This document shows, in pieces, positions 23,619 to 34,423 of a DNA stretch of 64,000 nt (position 1 is its first letter; each line of letters begins with the position of its first letter). This DNA is from Laetmonice hystrix (lineage: Eukaryota). The notes below the pieces were generated by a model, which was not told the origin of the DNA, made no database searches, and worked only from the letters and a program-made list of their open reading frames with translations. A program made the position numbers and the translations under genes. The DNA lies in assembly GCA_965235115.1 (NCBI GenBank), contig OZ249440.1, forward strand, positions 35,280,001-35,344,000, read 5' to 3'.

Positions 23619-24263
23619 ATGGTTATCCCAGTCTTCACCGACTCTAGAGGGCGCGGCCTGGAACCGCTACTCAAGAAGCTCACCGACAAAGACATTCGGG
23701 TAATCGTTTTCCCTGGAGCTGGCCTAGACGTTCTAGCTAACAGAATCACGGCATACCTAAGGCACTCGCCCTCACGACTTGTATATGTTATGGGCGGCAT
23801 ATGTAGTATAACTTCAAAGATTGCCGGGAAGAAAGAGATATATCTACCATTCGATACCAAAGAGGAGGTTTCAGAACATGTGAGCCAATGCCTAAGAAAC
23901 TGTATGAAGACGGTTCACACATCATTCAAAGCGACAGACCTGGTATTCATGCCGATTGCAGGGGTTCACATAGGCAAATACAATAAAGGAACCTACTGCC
24001 AACTTAAACAGACAGCCTTAAATGAAGCAATTGTGGACGTCAACAAATTTATTATAGAACTAAACGCAAAACGGGATTTTGAAACTCCTCGCCTGACTTC
24101 CAAGATACACAAGACCCCCAAAAAAGGACGCAAACATCGCCACCACTATAACAAGTTATGGGACGGCTGCCACCCGACAACAGAGACATTGCACGACTGG
24201 GCCAGTGAGATTGCCAAGGTAGTCACAAAGCACGACAACAATGGGCTGCATGACTTTGTTTGA
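23619..24263 (+). CDS. SGNH/GDSL-like hydrolase (LINE esterase-type)
   Basis: ATG at 23619. Block I FTDSRG, block II FPGAG, block III MGGICS, block V DGCHP. Confidence 0.8.
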   Translation: MVIPVFTDSRGRGLEPLLKKLTDKDIRVIVFPGAGLDVLANRITAYLRHSPSRLVYVMGGICSITSKIAGKKEIYLPFDTKEEVSEHVSQCLRNCMKTVHTSFKATDLVFMPIAGVHIGKYNKGTYCQLKQTALNEAIVDVNKFIIELNAKRDFETPRLTSKIHKTPKKGRKHRHHYNKLWDGCHPTTETLHDWASEIAKVVTKHDNNGLHDFV

Positions 24264-24967
24264 TGACTCTGCTGACTCAACCAGACCTGCAGTCGCTATG
24301 CCGCCCAGGTCCGATGTCAAACCACAATTCCCACAGACGGTGTTCTTATACGTAATATCAAAGTATGACTGCAACGGAGTAGGTGTATTGGAGAAGGGCC
24401 TAGTTGAACACGTTGATTACCTGCAGTGGCCATGCCGCCCAGGTTTCTTCGCGTGTAATTATTCTTCCCCGCATGTGCATTAACTCCAAGTATGCACTCA
24501 ACAAAAGGGATACAACGAGAACACCTGAAGGGAAGTACTGACTGTTTCATACTGACTTTCTAAAAGGTGGATATTCGCCCTTGCCTAATAACATTGCACA
24601 ATATCATGCACATTTTTAAATTTGTCATCTATCGATGTCCATAAATTGATAGGAACGGTTAATATTGTAGTGTCTACAAGTACTTACTATTATTACTCCA
24701 CCTACTATCACATGGTAGTTGGTAGCAGGGACAAGGTAGACAAGATGTGTGTCACGTATATATATTCTCGCTATGGAGTAGCTGAACCACCCAGCGACTA
24801 ACTGTATATAATGTACATTGTTGCTAATTACCACAGACCCTTAGTGACTCAGTGGTAATTACTCATCAGTTTGCCCCGCGTTATTAGCTGCGTCAAACTC
24901 ACCATGTACATATTACACCGTATCAGTTTTGTTCTACGCACCACCATCACACCCATACCATTTGCTT

Positions 24968-27420
24968 ATGTCACCGGAAATATCAACATATATAAATTCA
25001 TCTATGGCAGATACAAATTACCTTAATACGAGAGGATTCAAAGTGGTACATGTAAACGCCCGCAGTTTGTATAAGAAACTTGGAGAAGTGTATGCAAGCC
25101 TGGGAGCGTTTGATATTATAGCAGTTAGTGAAACATGGCTTCATTCTGACTATTCTGAACAAATGGTAGCCCTGCCTGATTTCACCCTTTTCAGGTTAGA
25201 TCGAGTAGGCGAACGTGGCAGCAACATTAAAAAAACTGGGGGAGGGCTAGCAATATATATATCAAAGAAATTTTCGCAGTATTTTAGAGGATGCCTCAAT
25301 AATTACTGAAAACCTCGAACAACTGTGGATTAAAATTAGATCCCCCACCTTTAAGAGAACTACTGTCAGCGTTTGCTATAGGCCCCCTACCGGTAACAAA
25401 GCGGATGCAATTAAAGAACTAGAAACCGGAATTTCTCTAGCTGAAGCTTCAAGAGAAGACATAATCGTTCTCGGTGACTTTAACATAGACTACAGGAAAC
25501 GAAACACGGCAGGTTTCAAGACCTTAAAAGACTTTGAAAGACTATCTGGACTGAGGCAACTCATAACCGAGCACACTCACTTTACACCGACGTCGAAGTC
25601 CACGATAGACTTAGTGTTTACCAACATTACCGAAATCCAACTGAGTGGAACAATAGATCTATTCATGAGTGACCATAAGCCGATCTACCTGATAAAAAAG
25701 AAAACTAAAATTAAACATCAGGTGTCATATGTCAATGGACGTAGCTATGTCAATTACAATAAGGAAACGTTTGTGAACCTAATTAAGAACTGTGACTGGG
25801 TAGATTTTTTTAATATTAGAGATCCGGATAAGCTATGGAACAAAATGTACTCGAATATACTTTTTGCCGCAAATGCACACTGTCCCATTAGGAAAATAAA
25901 AATAAAAAACAACCGTCCAGAATGGCTAACCCAGGAAGTACTAGAAGCAACCAGTGATAAAAAAATACTGTTTAAACGAGCCCAAGCTACAGACTCAAAG
26001 AAAGACTGGGACAGAGCAAAAGAAGCTAAAATTTCCACAAGGAGGCTAATTAAGAAATCAATAACTGAAACAGTCAAGAGAAAAATGGAGGAAAACAGAA
26101 ATGATCCCCAAAAATTTTGGTCAGTACTTCTAGAGGCCATTGGCGTTTCAAAAGCATCAGTAAATAATATATCTATTTTAAATGAAGAAACTGCAACCAT
26201 ATATGAAGACGAGGAAGTTGCTGACATATTTAATAACTATTTTACTAGTATAGGCGAAAAACTAGCTGAAAACTTCGATAGTCAATGGAAGAAGAGCAAC
26301 TGGTTCCCAAAAATTGATGCCCAGCTATATTTTAGACCAATTCGAAATGAGGAAGTCGAAGATTTAGTAAAGAGAATGAAAACACCTCATCAGTGGAAGG
26401 GTTAAGTTCTAAATTATTGAAAGATGCTTTCAGCCACCTGGTGGATGAACTAACCCATCTGTATAATTCCTCTACTGAAAAAGGTATCTTCCCGAAGGCA
26501 TGGACGTGTGCCAATGTTATACCTATCCCGAAAACAGGAGATGTAACCAAGTTAACTAACTGGAGACCTATATCATTGCTACCTGCCCCAGGTAAAATGT
26601 TAGAAAAACTTATACACACGCAAATCATGAGCTTTTTGACCCAATTTAATATCCTACACGACTCCCAACATGGTTTTAGGACTGGCAAAAGTACAGCAAC
26701 TGCAGTCTGGAATTTAGTCGATTATTACTTTAGAGCACTAAACAATGGACAGGTGGTCAGTTGCGTCTATTTCGACTTCTCAAAGGCTTTTGATACCATC
26801 AGTCATGAAATTCTTATAAACAAGCTAGAATTATATGGCTTCAGTGAATTGGTAATCATATCTAGGAGAACGAAGTCAATGTACCAGGGCAAATGGGGTA
26901 ACATCGAATGCAAAAAATATACGCCACGGAGTCCCACAAGGATCAGTCTTAGGCCCTTTAATCTTTATACTCTATGTCAACGACCTATTATACGAAATTT
27001 CAAGCGGAAAAATAGGAATGTATGCAGACGACACTGTGACTTGTAACAAAGCCCAGACGATTAGTGAGGCCATGACACAATCTCAACTGGTTACTGACCA
27101 ACTTGTCAACTGGTGCAACCTCAACAGGATGACCATTAACATATCTAAAACAAAGCATATGCTGATCTGTAACTCACAAAAGAGACCGGTCTTAAATGAA
27201 AACATTACAATTAAAGGAAGGAAACTGACAAACTGAAACTGACAAATGTCATGACTTACCTGGGAGTTTGCTTAGATAACAAACTGAATTTCGAAAGTTT
27301 TCTTAACGCTACAATTAAAAAGGTTTCTCACCGGATTTTCATGTTATCAAAAGCAGTTCATAAACTAAATAAAGAAACAGCAATTCTTATCTATAAGCAA
27401 ATGATTCTTCCGTACATGGA
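24968..27420 (+). pseudogene. CR1-group ORF2 (APE endonuclease plus RT), multiple frameshifts
   Basis: HVNARSL, SETWL, GGGLAIYI, YRPP, GDFNID, SDHKPI, WRPISLL, QHGFR, DFSKAFDT, GVPQGSVLGP, YADDT across several frames. Confidence 0.9.
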
Positions 27421-30400
27421 CTTCCACCAACAGTTAAAACCTCTGCTGCCGCTGTTAAGCCTACCACACGGACTTTCGCTTGTCAAACGGAGATGCTGTG
27501 GGTCAAGGGGGATAAACCTGTGACCTACCCTGATCCCGCTGACAGCACAAATGAACCACCTAAGAAAGCCGTCTCGAGTCAGCCACCTAAAAAAGCCACC
27601 TCAACACAGAGCCAGACAACCTCGGTTCCTCCTCCACAGGCCGGGCCGAGTAATAAAGAACCAACTCCAAAAACTGATCAACCGAGTACAAAAGAGCCAT
27701 CTACCAAAAAACATCAACAAAAAAAGAAAATAATAACAGATCGGCTGCCCAAGGCAGCCTCCAACAATAGTGCAATAGCACTTACAAACAAGTTTCAACA
27801 TCTTCAAGATGTTGAAATGGCTGATGCTACGCCTTGTCGTAGTCGCAGCCTTTCCCACAAAATAAAATCTAGGGGGCGTTTGCCTGTTAAACCACCTTGA
27901 TGGCAGGCAAATGCTTCCTTCAATGGAATTGTCGAGGTTTTAGAGCCAATTTTAATGAGCTCAGACTTTTAGCAGAAAACCTTGATCCTCTTGCCCTTTG
28001 TCTACAAGAAACATTTCTTACTGCCCGAGACAAAGTCTCATTTAAGGGCTATCAGACTTTCCTTGGTTTTGCACCAGATGGTGACCGTGCTGCTGGCGGC
28101 ACAGCCATTCTGGTTCGACAAGATCTCATCCATAGCCCTGTTACAATAGACACACCATTACAAGCAATAGCCATACGCCTAACTCTACATAAAGCCATCA
28201 CTATCTGCTCCATATACATTCCCCCAAACAGTAACTTGGCCCACCAGGATCTTAATGATTTAGTGGGTCAACTGCCAAATCCATATCTTCTTTTGGGAGA
28301 TTTTAATGGCCACAATCCCTTATGGGGTGGTACCACAACTGATGGCAAGGGCAAGAGGATTGAAGAGTTCATTGATAATCATGCTCTATGTATTTTTAAT
28401 GATGGTTCAAACACATACTTACATCCCGGTCATGGCACTTATACAGCCATTGACCTTGCAATAGCTGAACCAGATCTGCTGCTGGATTTTTCCTGGAGGG
28501 TCTGGGATGACCTTTGCGGGAGTGACCACTTTCCCACCATCCTTACCTATGAAGGACCCAACATAGGGGAAAAGCAACAACGGTGGCAACTTAAGAAAGC
28601 CGACTGGCACTCCTTCCAGACCCTCTGTCGGGAGGAATTCACAGCAGACACCATTAACGATCCTGAAGCAATGGATGATTTTACCTCGTTTTTAATCTCC
28701 ATTGCAGACAGGACAGTTCCTAAAACCTCGACAATTCCTAAACATGTCTCAAATCCATGGTTTAATGAAGACTGCAAGCAGGCAATTAAAGACCGGAAGA
28801 AAGCAGAACGCCTTTTCAACAGGCATCCAACTGCAGTGAACCTTACCAATTTTAAAATTATGAGAGCAAGGGCACGCCGTATCTGCAGAGAGACGGAGGC
28901 AGAGCTGGAGAGACTACGTCTCCAGCCTGACCTCTCGTACTCCTATCAAAAAAGTCTGGAGTATGATACGGAAACTTAAAGGCAAGGGGGGAGGTTCTGG
29001 AGTCCAACACTTAAAACATCAAGACACCCTACTAACCACCACAGATGAAATAGCGAATAAACTGGCCAAAACCTTTCAAACAAACTCCTCCTCCAGAAAC
29101 TGCCTCCCTCAATTCCAAGCCATTCGTGCTCAAAAAGAGAAACAAAAACTAAACTTTCATTCTGACAACAGAGAAGAGTACAACCAACTCTTCTCTACTG
29201 AAGAACTCAAATGCTCTCTTAGAAAATCACACGACACTGCAGTTGGACCTGACAAAATACATTACCAATTCTTAAAACATCTACCCGACACCACCCTCCT
29301 CATCCTTCTTCACATTTTCAACAATATCTGGATAACTGGTAATATACCCCTTTCCTGGCAAGAAGCAATAATCATCCCCATCCCCAAACCAGGAAAAGAC
29401 CATAGTGAAGCTAACAATTACAGACCAATAGCCTTAACAAGTTGCCTGTGCAAAACCGTGGAGAGAATGATTAATGATCGCCTCGTCTGGAAGCTGGAGT
29501 CTGAGCAGCTCATAACCGAGTTTCAGTGTGGCTTCCGGCGAGGGAGAAGTACTCTTGATCATCTAATCAGACTCGAGACATACATCCGAGATGCTTTTAT
29601 CAACCGTGAACATGTTGTTGCCGTCTTTTTCGACCTTGAAAAGGCATACGACACAACATGGAAGTACGGCATTTTAAAGGATTTACATGATATGGGTTTT
29701 AGGGGGCGTTTGCCCCTTTTCATATCTCAGTTTTTATCCAACAGACATTTTCAAGTCAGAGTAGGCACGACCCTGTCTGACTTGCACGACCAAGAATTAG
29801 GTGGGCCTCAGGGAAGCATTTTGTCCGTTACCCTTTTTAGTATTAAGATCAACAGCATTGTTAACTCGGTTAAAACAGGCATGCCCTGCAGCCTGTTCGT
29901 CGATGACTTTGACGTCTGCTGCAGAGGCAAAAACATGAATGCCATTGAGAGGCAGCTCCAACTCTGTCTCAACAGAATCCACACTTGGTCGGTGGAAAAC
30001 GGTTTTAAATTTTCAAAATCTAAAACAGTCTGCATGCATTTCTGCAAACTGCGTGCTTTCCACCTTGACCCCGAGTTGACAATGGATGGAGATCCTATCA
30101 AGGTCGTTAAAGAGACAAAGTTTCTGGGACTCACTTTTGACAGCAAGCTGTCTTTTATCCCTCACATTAAATCACTCAAATCCAGGTGCCTTAAGGCTCT
30201 GGATGTTCTCAAGGTTTTATGTGGCACAAACTGGGGGGCAGACAGTACAGTCCTTTTACAACTGTACAGAGCTTTAATCCGGTCGAAGCTCGATTACGGT
30301 AGCATAGTTTATGGTTCTGCTTGTAAGTCTTACATTCGGCTTTTGGACACGGTTCACCACCAGGGTTTGCGGCTTTCACTTGGGGCTTTTAGAACGTCCC

Positions 30401-31756
30401 CTGTTCAGAGCCTCTATGTGGAGGCCCGAGAGCCATCACTCGACAACAGGCGTCTGAAGCTGGCTCTGCAATATGCAGTCAAGCTCGGGACAAACAGTTC
30501 AAATCCAGCTTACAATTGCGTTTTTCACCCTCAGTTCCAACATTTATATGAAAGAAAAGAAACGTACATACGTCCTTTTGGACTGAGAGTGAAACCTCAT
30601 CTAGAGGAACTGGATATTGATCTGAACGTCCTGGGGCAGACACATTTTTGCAACATTCCTCCTTGGGACCTGGAAAAGCCTGACGTCATTCTTCAGTTGG
30701 CTAAACTGAAGAAGTCAGAGACTCATCCCCTGACATATTTTGAACATTTTCTTGACGTCCAGGCAAGGTATCCCTCACATTATGCCTTCTATACTGATGG
30801 CTCAAAGGATGGCAGTGATGTGTCTGCTGCTGCAGTTCATGGCAAGCACAACTTCGGCACCCGCATCTCAGGGCAAAGTTCCATCTTCTCAGCAGAGGCC
30901 CGGGCCCTGCTTCTTGCCCTTCAAAATATTGAAGTTTCTAGTGAAAAGGATTTCCTCATTTTCTCGGATTCCTTATCCTGTCTGCAAGCACTTGCTAACT
31001 TGAACACAGATCACCCAGTGATCGTTCAAATCTTGTCCAAGTTGGCAGTGCTTGCCAATGCAAACTTTGATATTCACTTTTGCTGGGTGCCTGGTCATGT
31101 TGGCATCCCGGGCAATGAGCAAGCTGACAGAACTGCCAAGAGGGCTCTTGAAACAGACGTCGAACTGTGTCCAATCCCAGCCTCTGACCTCAGACCTACC
31201 ATCTGGGCATACATTAAGAACAAATGGCAGGCCGAATGGGATGAACAACCAAACAATAAATTGTATCAGATCAGTCCTGTCGTGAACCAAAGGTGTCTTC
31301 ACGGCCTAACCCAACGTAGGCATGAAATTGTTTATACTCGATGCAGGATTGGTCATTCTAGATTAACCCACGTTTTTATTCAAGGGGGAGCCACCTCCAG
31401 AGTGTCATGGCTGTCAGTGTCCTTTGACACTGAAGCATGTTTTACTTGAGTGTGGTGATTTTACTCTGATCAGACAACGGTTTTATAGTGAGACAAGTCT
31501 TAAGGATCTTTTTATCAATGTCAGACCAGGAGTGATTTTAGAGTTTTTGTCAGAGGCTGGACTTCTGACTCTTTTATAGTTCAGGCTCGTCGATAGCCCG
31601 GTTGGGCTGACAGGATAGAGTGTGTTTTAATGATATTCCCGTTGGGGCCCGGGATAAAATAGGTTCCTTTCATTTCATGGTCTTTTAACCCTGTTTTCGC
31701 CGTGAAGATGGCCCCGGATGCCGGCACGGCGGAAAACCACCACTACTCACTCACTC
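27421..31756 (+). mobile_element. Nimb-like LINE, 5'-truncated within ORF1, full ORF2 region with two frameshifts, 3'UTR and tail
   Basis: ORF1 end, TGATG junction at 27898-27902, ORF2 pieces 27900..28979 and 28963..31449. Terminal stem CGCCGTG/CACGGCG and an ACTCACTCACTC tail. Confidence 0.93.
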
Positions 31757-31986
31757 CAAGCTATCTGTTTTTGCAGTTTGGCCGAAAGTCTCCCCCTCCA
31801 TATGCTGTCATATACCCTAATGTGTCCTTCTCTGCAACCAATGTTAGAAACACAAATCCAATGATTATTAAAAACATGTAAGATCTGTACAAAGGGTCTT
31901 GTTGGGGTCCCTACAAAGAAACATCCATTATCTTCAAAGATGGCCTGAAAGATGAAAGACTCATGTCCTGAAAACCATCAACATGT

Positions 31987-32671
31987 TGTAAAATGTGCTG
32001 CTGCGTCAGGAGCCTGTCGTCCCACTCCTGACACTGCCGCACACTTACTTGATGAAATTAAAGCATGAGAATGATGTACTGTTTAAAACATGGTGTCGCC
32101 AGGCAGCGGCGTCCCAAGCTAGAAGCTTCGTAGAATCATAGAATCTGTCTCAGTGTAGCGCTCCGAGTAAATCTCGGATCATGCTCCGGTAGAAAGTAAT
32201 CGGCAGAATGCCTGTCTGCAAAAGCGTCTCTGGAAATGCGTGTCGGCAAAGAGTCTGTAAATGAGTACCTGCTGCCTGGCTCAACCGCCTTTTTATTCCA
32301 AACCCCCGTCACCTCAGTAGGGTCACTCTTCTCAACAACAAGCAATAAAAATGATTCACCCCTCGTGAGTCCACGTCGACCATTAAAACACTTCCGATCC
32401 CGTGATCGGCTCGTGACGACTGAACGTACACGGACGGGTGATTCGAGGCGGTTTAACTCTAAGAATAAACTCTAAGAATATTATATGTGGGATACAAAAT
32501 TATATAAAGGATAATATTATAAGATTATGAGAAATGTACGATTATATAATATATAAGATACAAGATTATATGAATGGTAACATAAGGCACATAATCGATA
32601 GTATATAAGGCACATAATTGATAATGTATAGTAATACAAGGTGTATACACTTCTAAACATCGCATTTTACA
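31987..32671 (-). repeat. 3' LTR
   Basis: TG...CA ends with 9-bp terminal inverted repeats. AATAAA on the minus strand near 32291-32296. AT-rich internal tandem motifs. Confidence 0.95.
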
Positions 32672-32675
32672 CACG

Positions 32676-32688
32676 TCCCCCCCCTTTT
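32676..32688 (-). promoter_or_regulatory. Polypurine tract
   Basis: AAAAGGGGGGGGA lies just before the 3' LTR on the minus strand. Confidence 0.9.
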
Positions 32689-32713
32689 GAGATGAAAATA
32701 CGTCATTTTCAAT

Positions 32714-34423
32714 CTAATGAATGGGCGCGGGACCAGCGGCCAGAGGGGCTAACGCTATAATCTCAGCGGACTGCTCCGCGGTCGGAGCCGCAGTCGGCTG
32801 ACGCCTGATCTTTGATAGGACATAACGTCCCACACCTCGAGCGTAGCAATAATACGCAACAATAGAAACCAACACGAGCACAACAATTACTGGGACCAAA
32901 AAACTGGGGATGAGAAAGGGAAGCTGGGAAGTGGGGATGGTAGGTCTTCTGTGCCAAGTGAGGGCTTGTAAGGGGGACAACCTAACCGAAGGTTGGAACT
33001 GCAGGGCCTCAACAACGGGGGGAGGAACAACGGCAGGCCACGTAACATTAAGTGGGGGCAATGGCAAATAGACAAGAGTGTCATTAAAGGTAAAGCTCTC
33101 GAATACGTGGCTAGGGGTACAGTAGCTCCACCCTTCGCCTTGCCAATGGCAACCTGGGCGGAAGGGGCAAATAATAACAGACTTAACATCGTGGCCCTGG
33201 GGTTCAGTACCAGGACAACGTTCAACGATAACCGCCGGAGTCAAAACTGACACGGCAAGTTGTGTGTCCGTTAAGCGGACAACAACAAAAGTAGTATTAG
33301 CATTTAAAATGTCGGTGAGACAGGTAAGGGTAGATCTCTGAATCAAATCTACCTCACATAACTTATCGTAATGAACCTCGTCGTTACAGACCATGGGGGT
33401 ACCGGAAAAACAAGTAGTAGGCTTAAATGCCTTGCCAGTTACAGTACTAATCATAACAGAGGGGGCACCAACAATGTGTCTCAAATGTGTACCGCTATAT
33501 GAAACGGGCACATAGAAAAGTGAATAGTACAAATACCGTGTACGGCTGACAGCTGGTAAATTAGCAACAATCGTGATGGCGTCTTCCGAGTGCTTTAAAA
33601 TAAAAGTTCTAGAATTACTGTAATACCAGTCCGTGGTTAGCGACTCGTAACCTTGAGCTGACATCCGAGCACGGGCACCATTTAAAACATGAAGAGGAAT
33701 GATCCGGCGCGTGAGGCGTCCCTCACCTAGCGCGGTAAGCTTTGATAGGTAAAAGTTCCAATGTAAAGAGTAGTGGTCCGACATAAACTCGAGATGGGAA
33801 ATCGCTCGGTCAATTTCGTGGGTGAAATGGAGAGCGCAGACACGCTGCTCTAACTGTTGGTCTTGCTCAACAACCCAATCTAAAAGTTCAGAAAGTTTCG
33901 AAGTATGTTCAGCCAGGGAAATTATAAGGTCGCGATTCTGCTGGACGTAGTCGCGCGTTCCGTTTAACATTGTCCAAAGTTCTTTTGTATTATGAACGAC
34001 GTCCTCCACATCAGAACTAAGACTTGTCACAATCCGAGAAACGTCACGGACTTCCGATTCGGTGGCAGTGCCAAAAATGATACGAGAAAGGTCACCAATA
34101 AAGCCGAGGATGGCACGACGTCGACGACGGGCAGGGTGGTTGATCAGGCCGCCAAGCCTATCCAAACGCACACGCCACCAGGCCCTGGTAGACCGATCCG
34201 AATAGTCGTGATGAGCAGCGATGACACCATCAATAATCTTGATCCAGCCGCTCATCGGGAAGAGAAAGGTTGGCAGGTGAAGAGTAACAATGACCCGCCA
34301 CATGGCTGAAGTGGCGCGGGCATCCTGTGGTGGTACGACAAGCACTCCATCGCGAGCAAGGAGATCCTCTGTGGAAACACAAACCACTGCCGTGGCTAAC
34401 AAGCAAAATGTTAGAAGTGACAT
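32714..34423 (-). CDS. env: Envelope fusion glycoprotein, baculovirus-F/errantivirus type, intact 569 aa
   Basis: Signal peptide, furin site RRRRR followed by fusion-peptide-like AILGFIGDLSRIIFGTAT, heptad region, Cys-rich domain, C-terminal TM helix and short tail. Confidence 0.88.
   Translation of the reverse strand: MSLLTFCLLATAVVCVSTEDLLARDGVLVVPPQDARATSAMWRVIVTLHLPTFLFPMSGWIKIIDGVIAAHHDYSDRSTRAWWRVRLDRLGGLINHPARRRRRAILGFIGDLSRIIFGTATESEVRDVSRIVTSLSSDVEDVVHNTKELWTMLNGTRDYVQQNRDLIISLAEHTSKLSELLDWVVEQDQQLEQRVCALHFTHEIDRAISHLEFMSDHYSLHWNFYLSKLTALGEGRLTRRIIPLHVLNGARARMSAQGYESLTTDWYYSNSRTFILKHSEDAITIVANLPAVSRTRYLYYSLFYVPVSYSGTHLRHIVGAPSVMISTVTGKAFKPTTCFSGTPMVCNDEVHYDKLCEVDLIQRSTLTCLTDILNANTTFVVVRLTDTQLAVSVLTPAVIVERCPGTEPQGHDVKSVIICPFRPGCHWQGEGWSYCTPSHVFESFTFNDTLVYLPLPPLNVTWPAVVPPPVVEALQFQPSVRLSPLQALTWHRRPTIPTSQLPFLIPSFLVPVIVVLVLVSIVAYYCYARGVGRYVLSKIRRQPTAAPTAEQSAEIIALAPLAAGPAPIH

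Larger units (their letters stand above)
22850..27420 (+). mobile_element. CR1-group LINE (CR1/L2/Crack-like) carrying an ORF1-NADAR fusion, an SGNH ORF and a decayed APE-RT ORF2; truncated at both ends
   Basis: Co-oriented ORFs with a similar A-rich sense strand. ORF2 motifs are of CR1-group type. Cut by a Nimb LINE at 27421. Confidence 0.75.

Noticed and set aside
22853..24263. NADAR and SGNH ORFs as bacterial contamination or an operon
   Set aside because: NADAR is fused in frame to a LINE ORF1-like domain and lies next to a eukaryotic APE-RT. No other bacterial-type genes are in the window.
32136..32475. Short ORFs inside the LTRs (duplicated at 39335-39674)
   Set aside because: No recognisable motifs, and the duplication is explained by the LTR.
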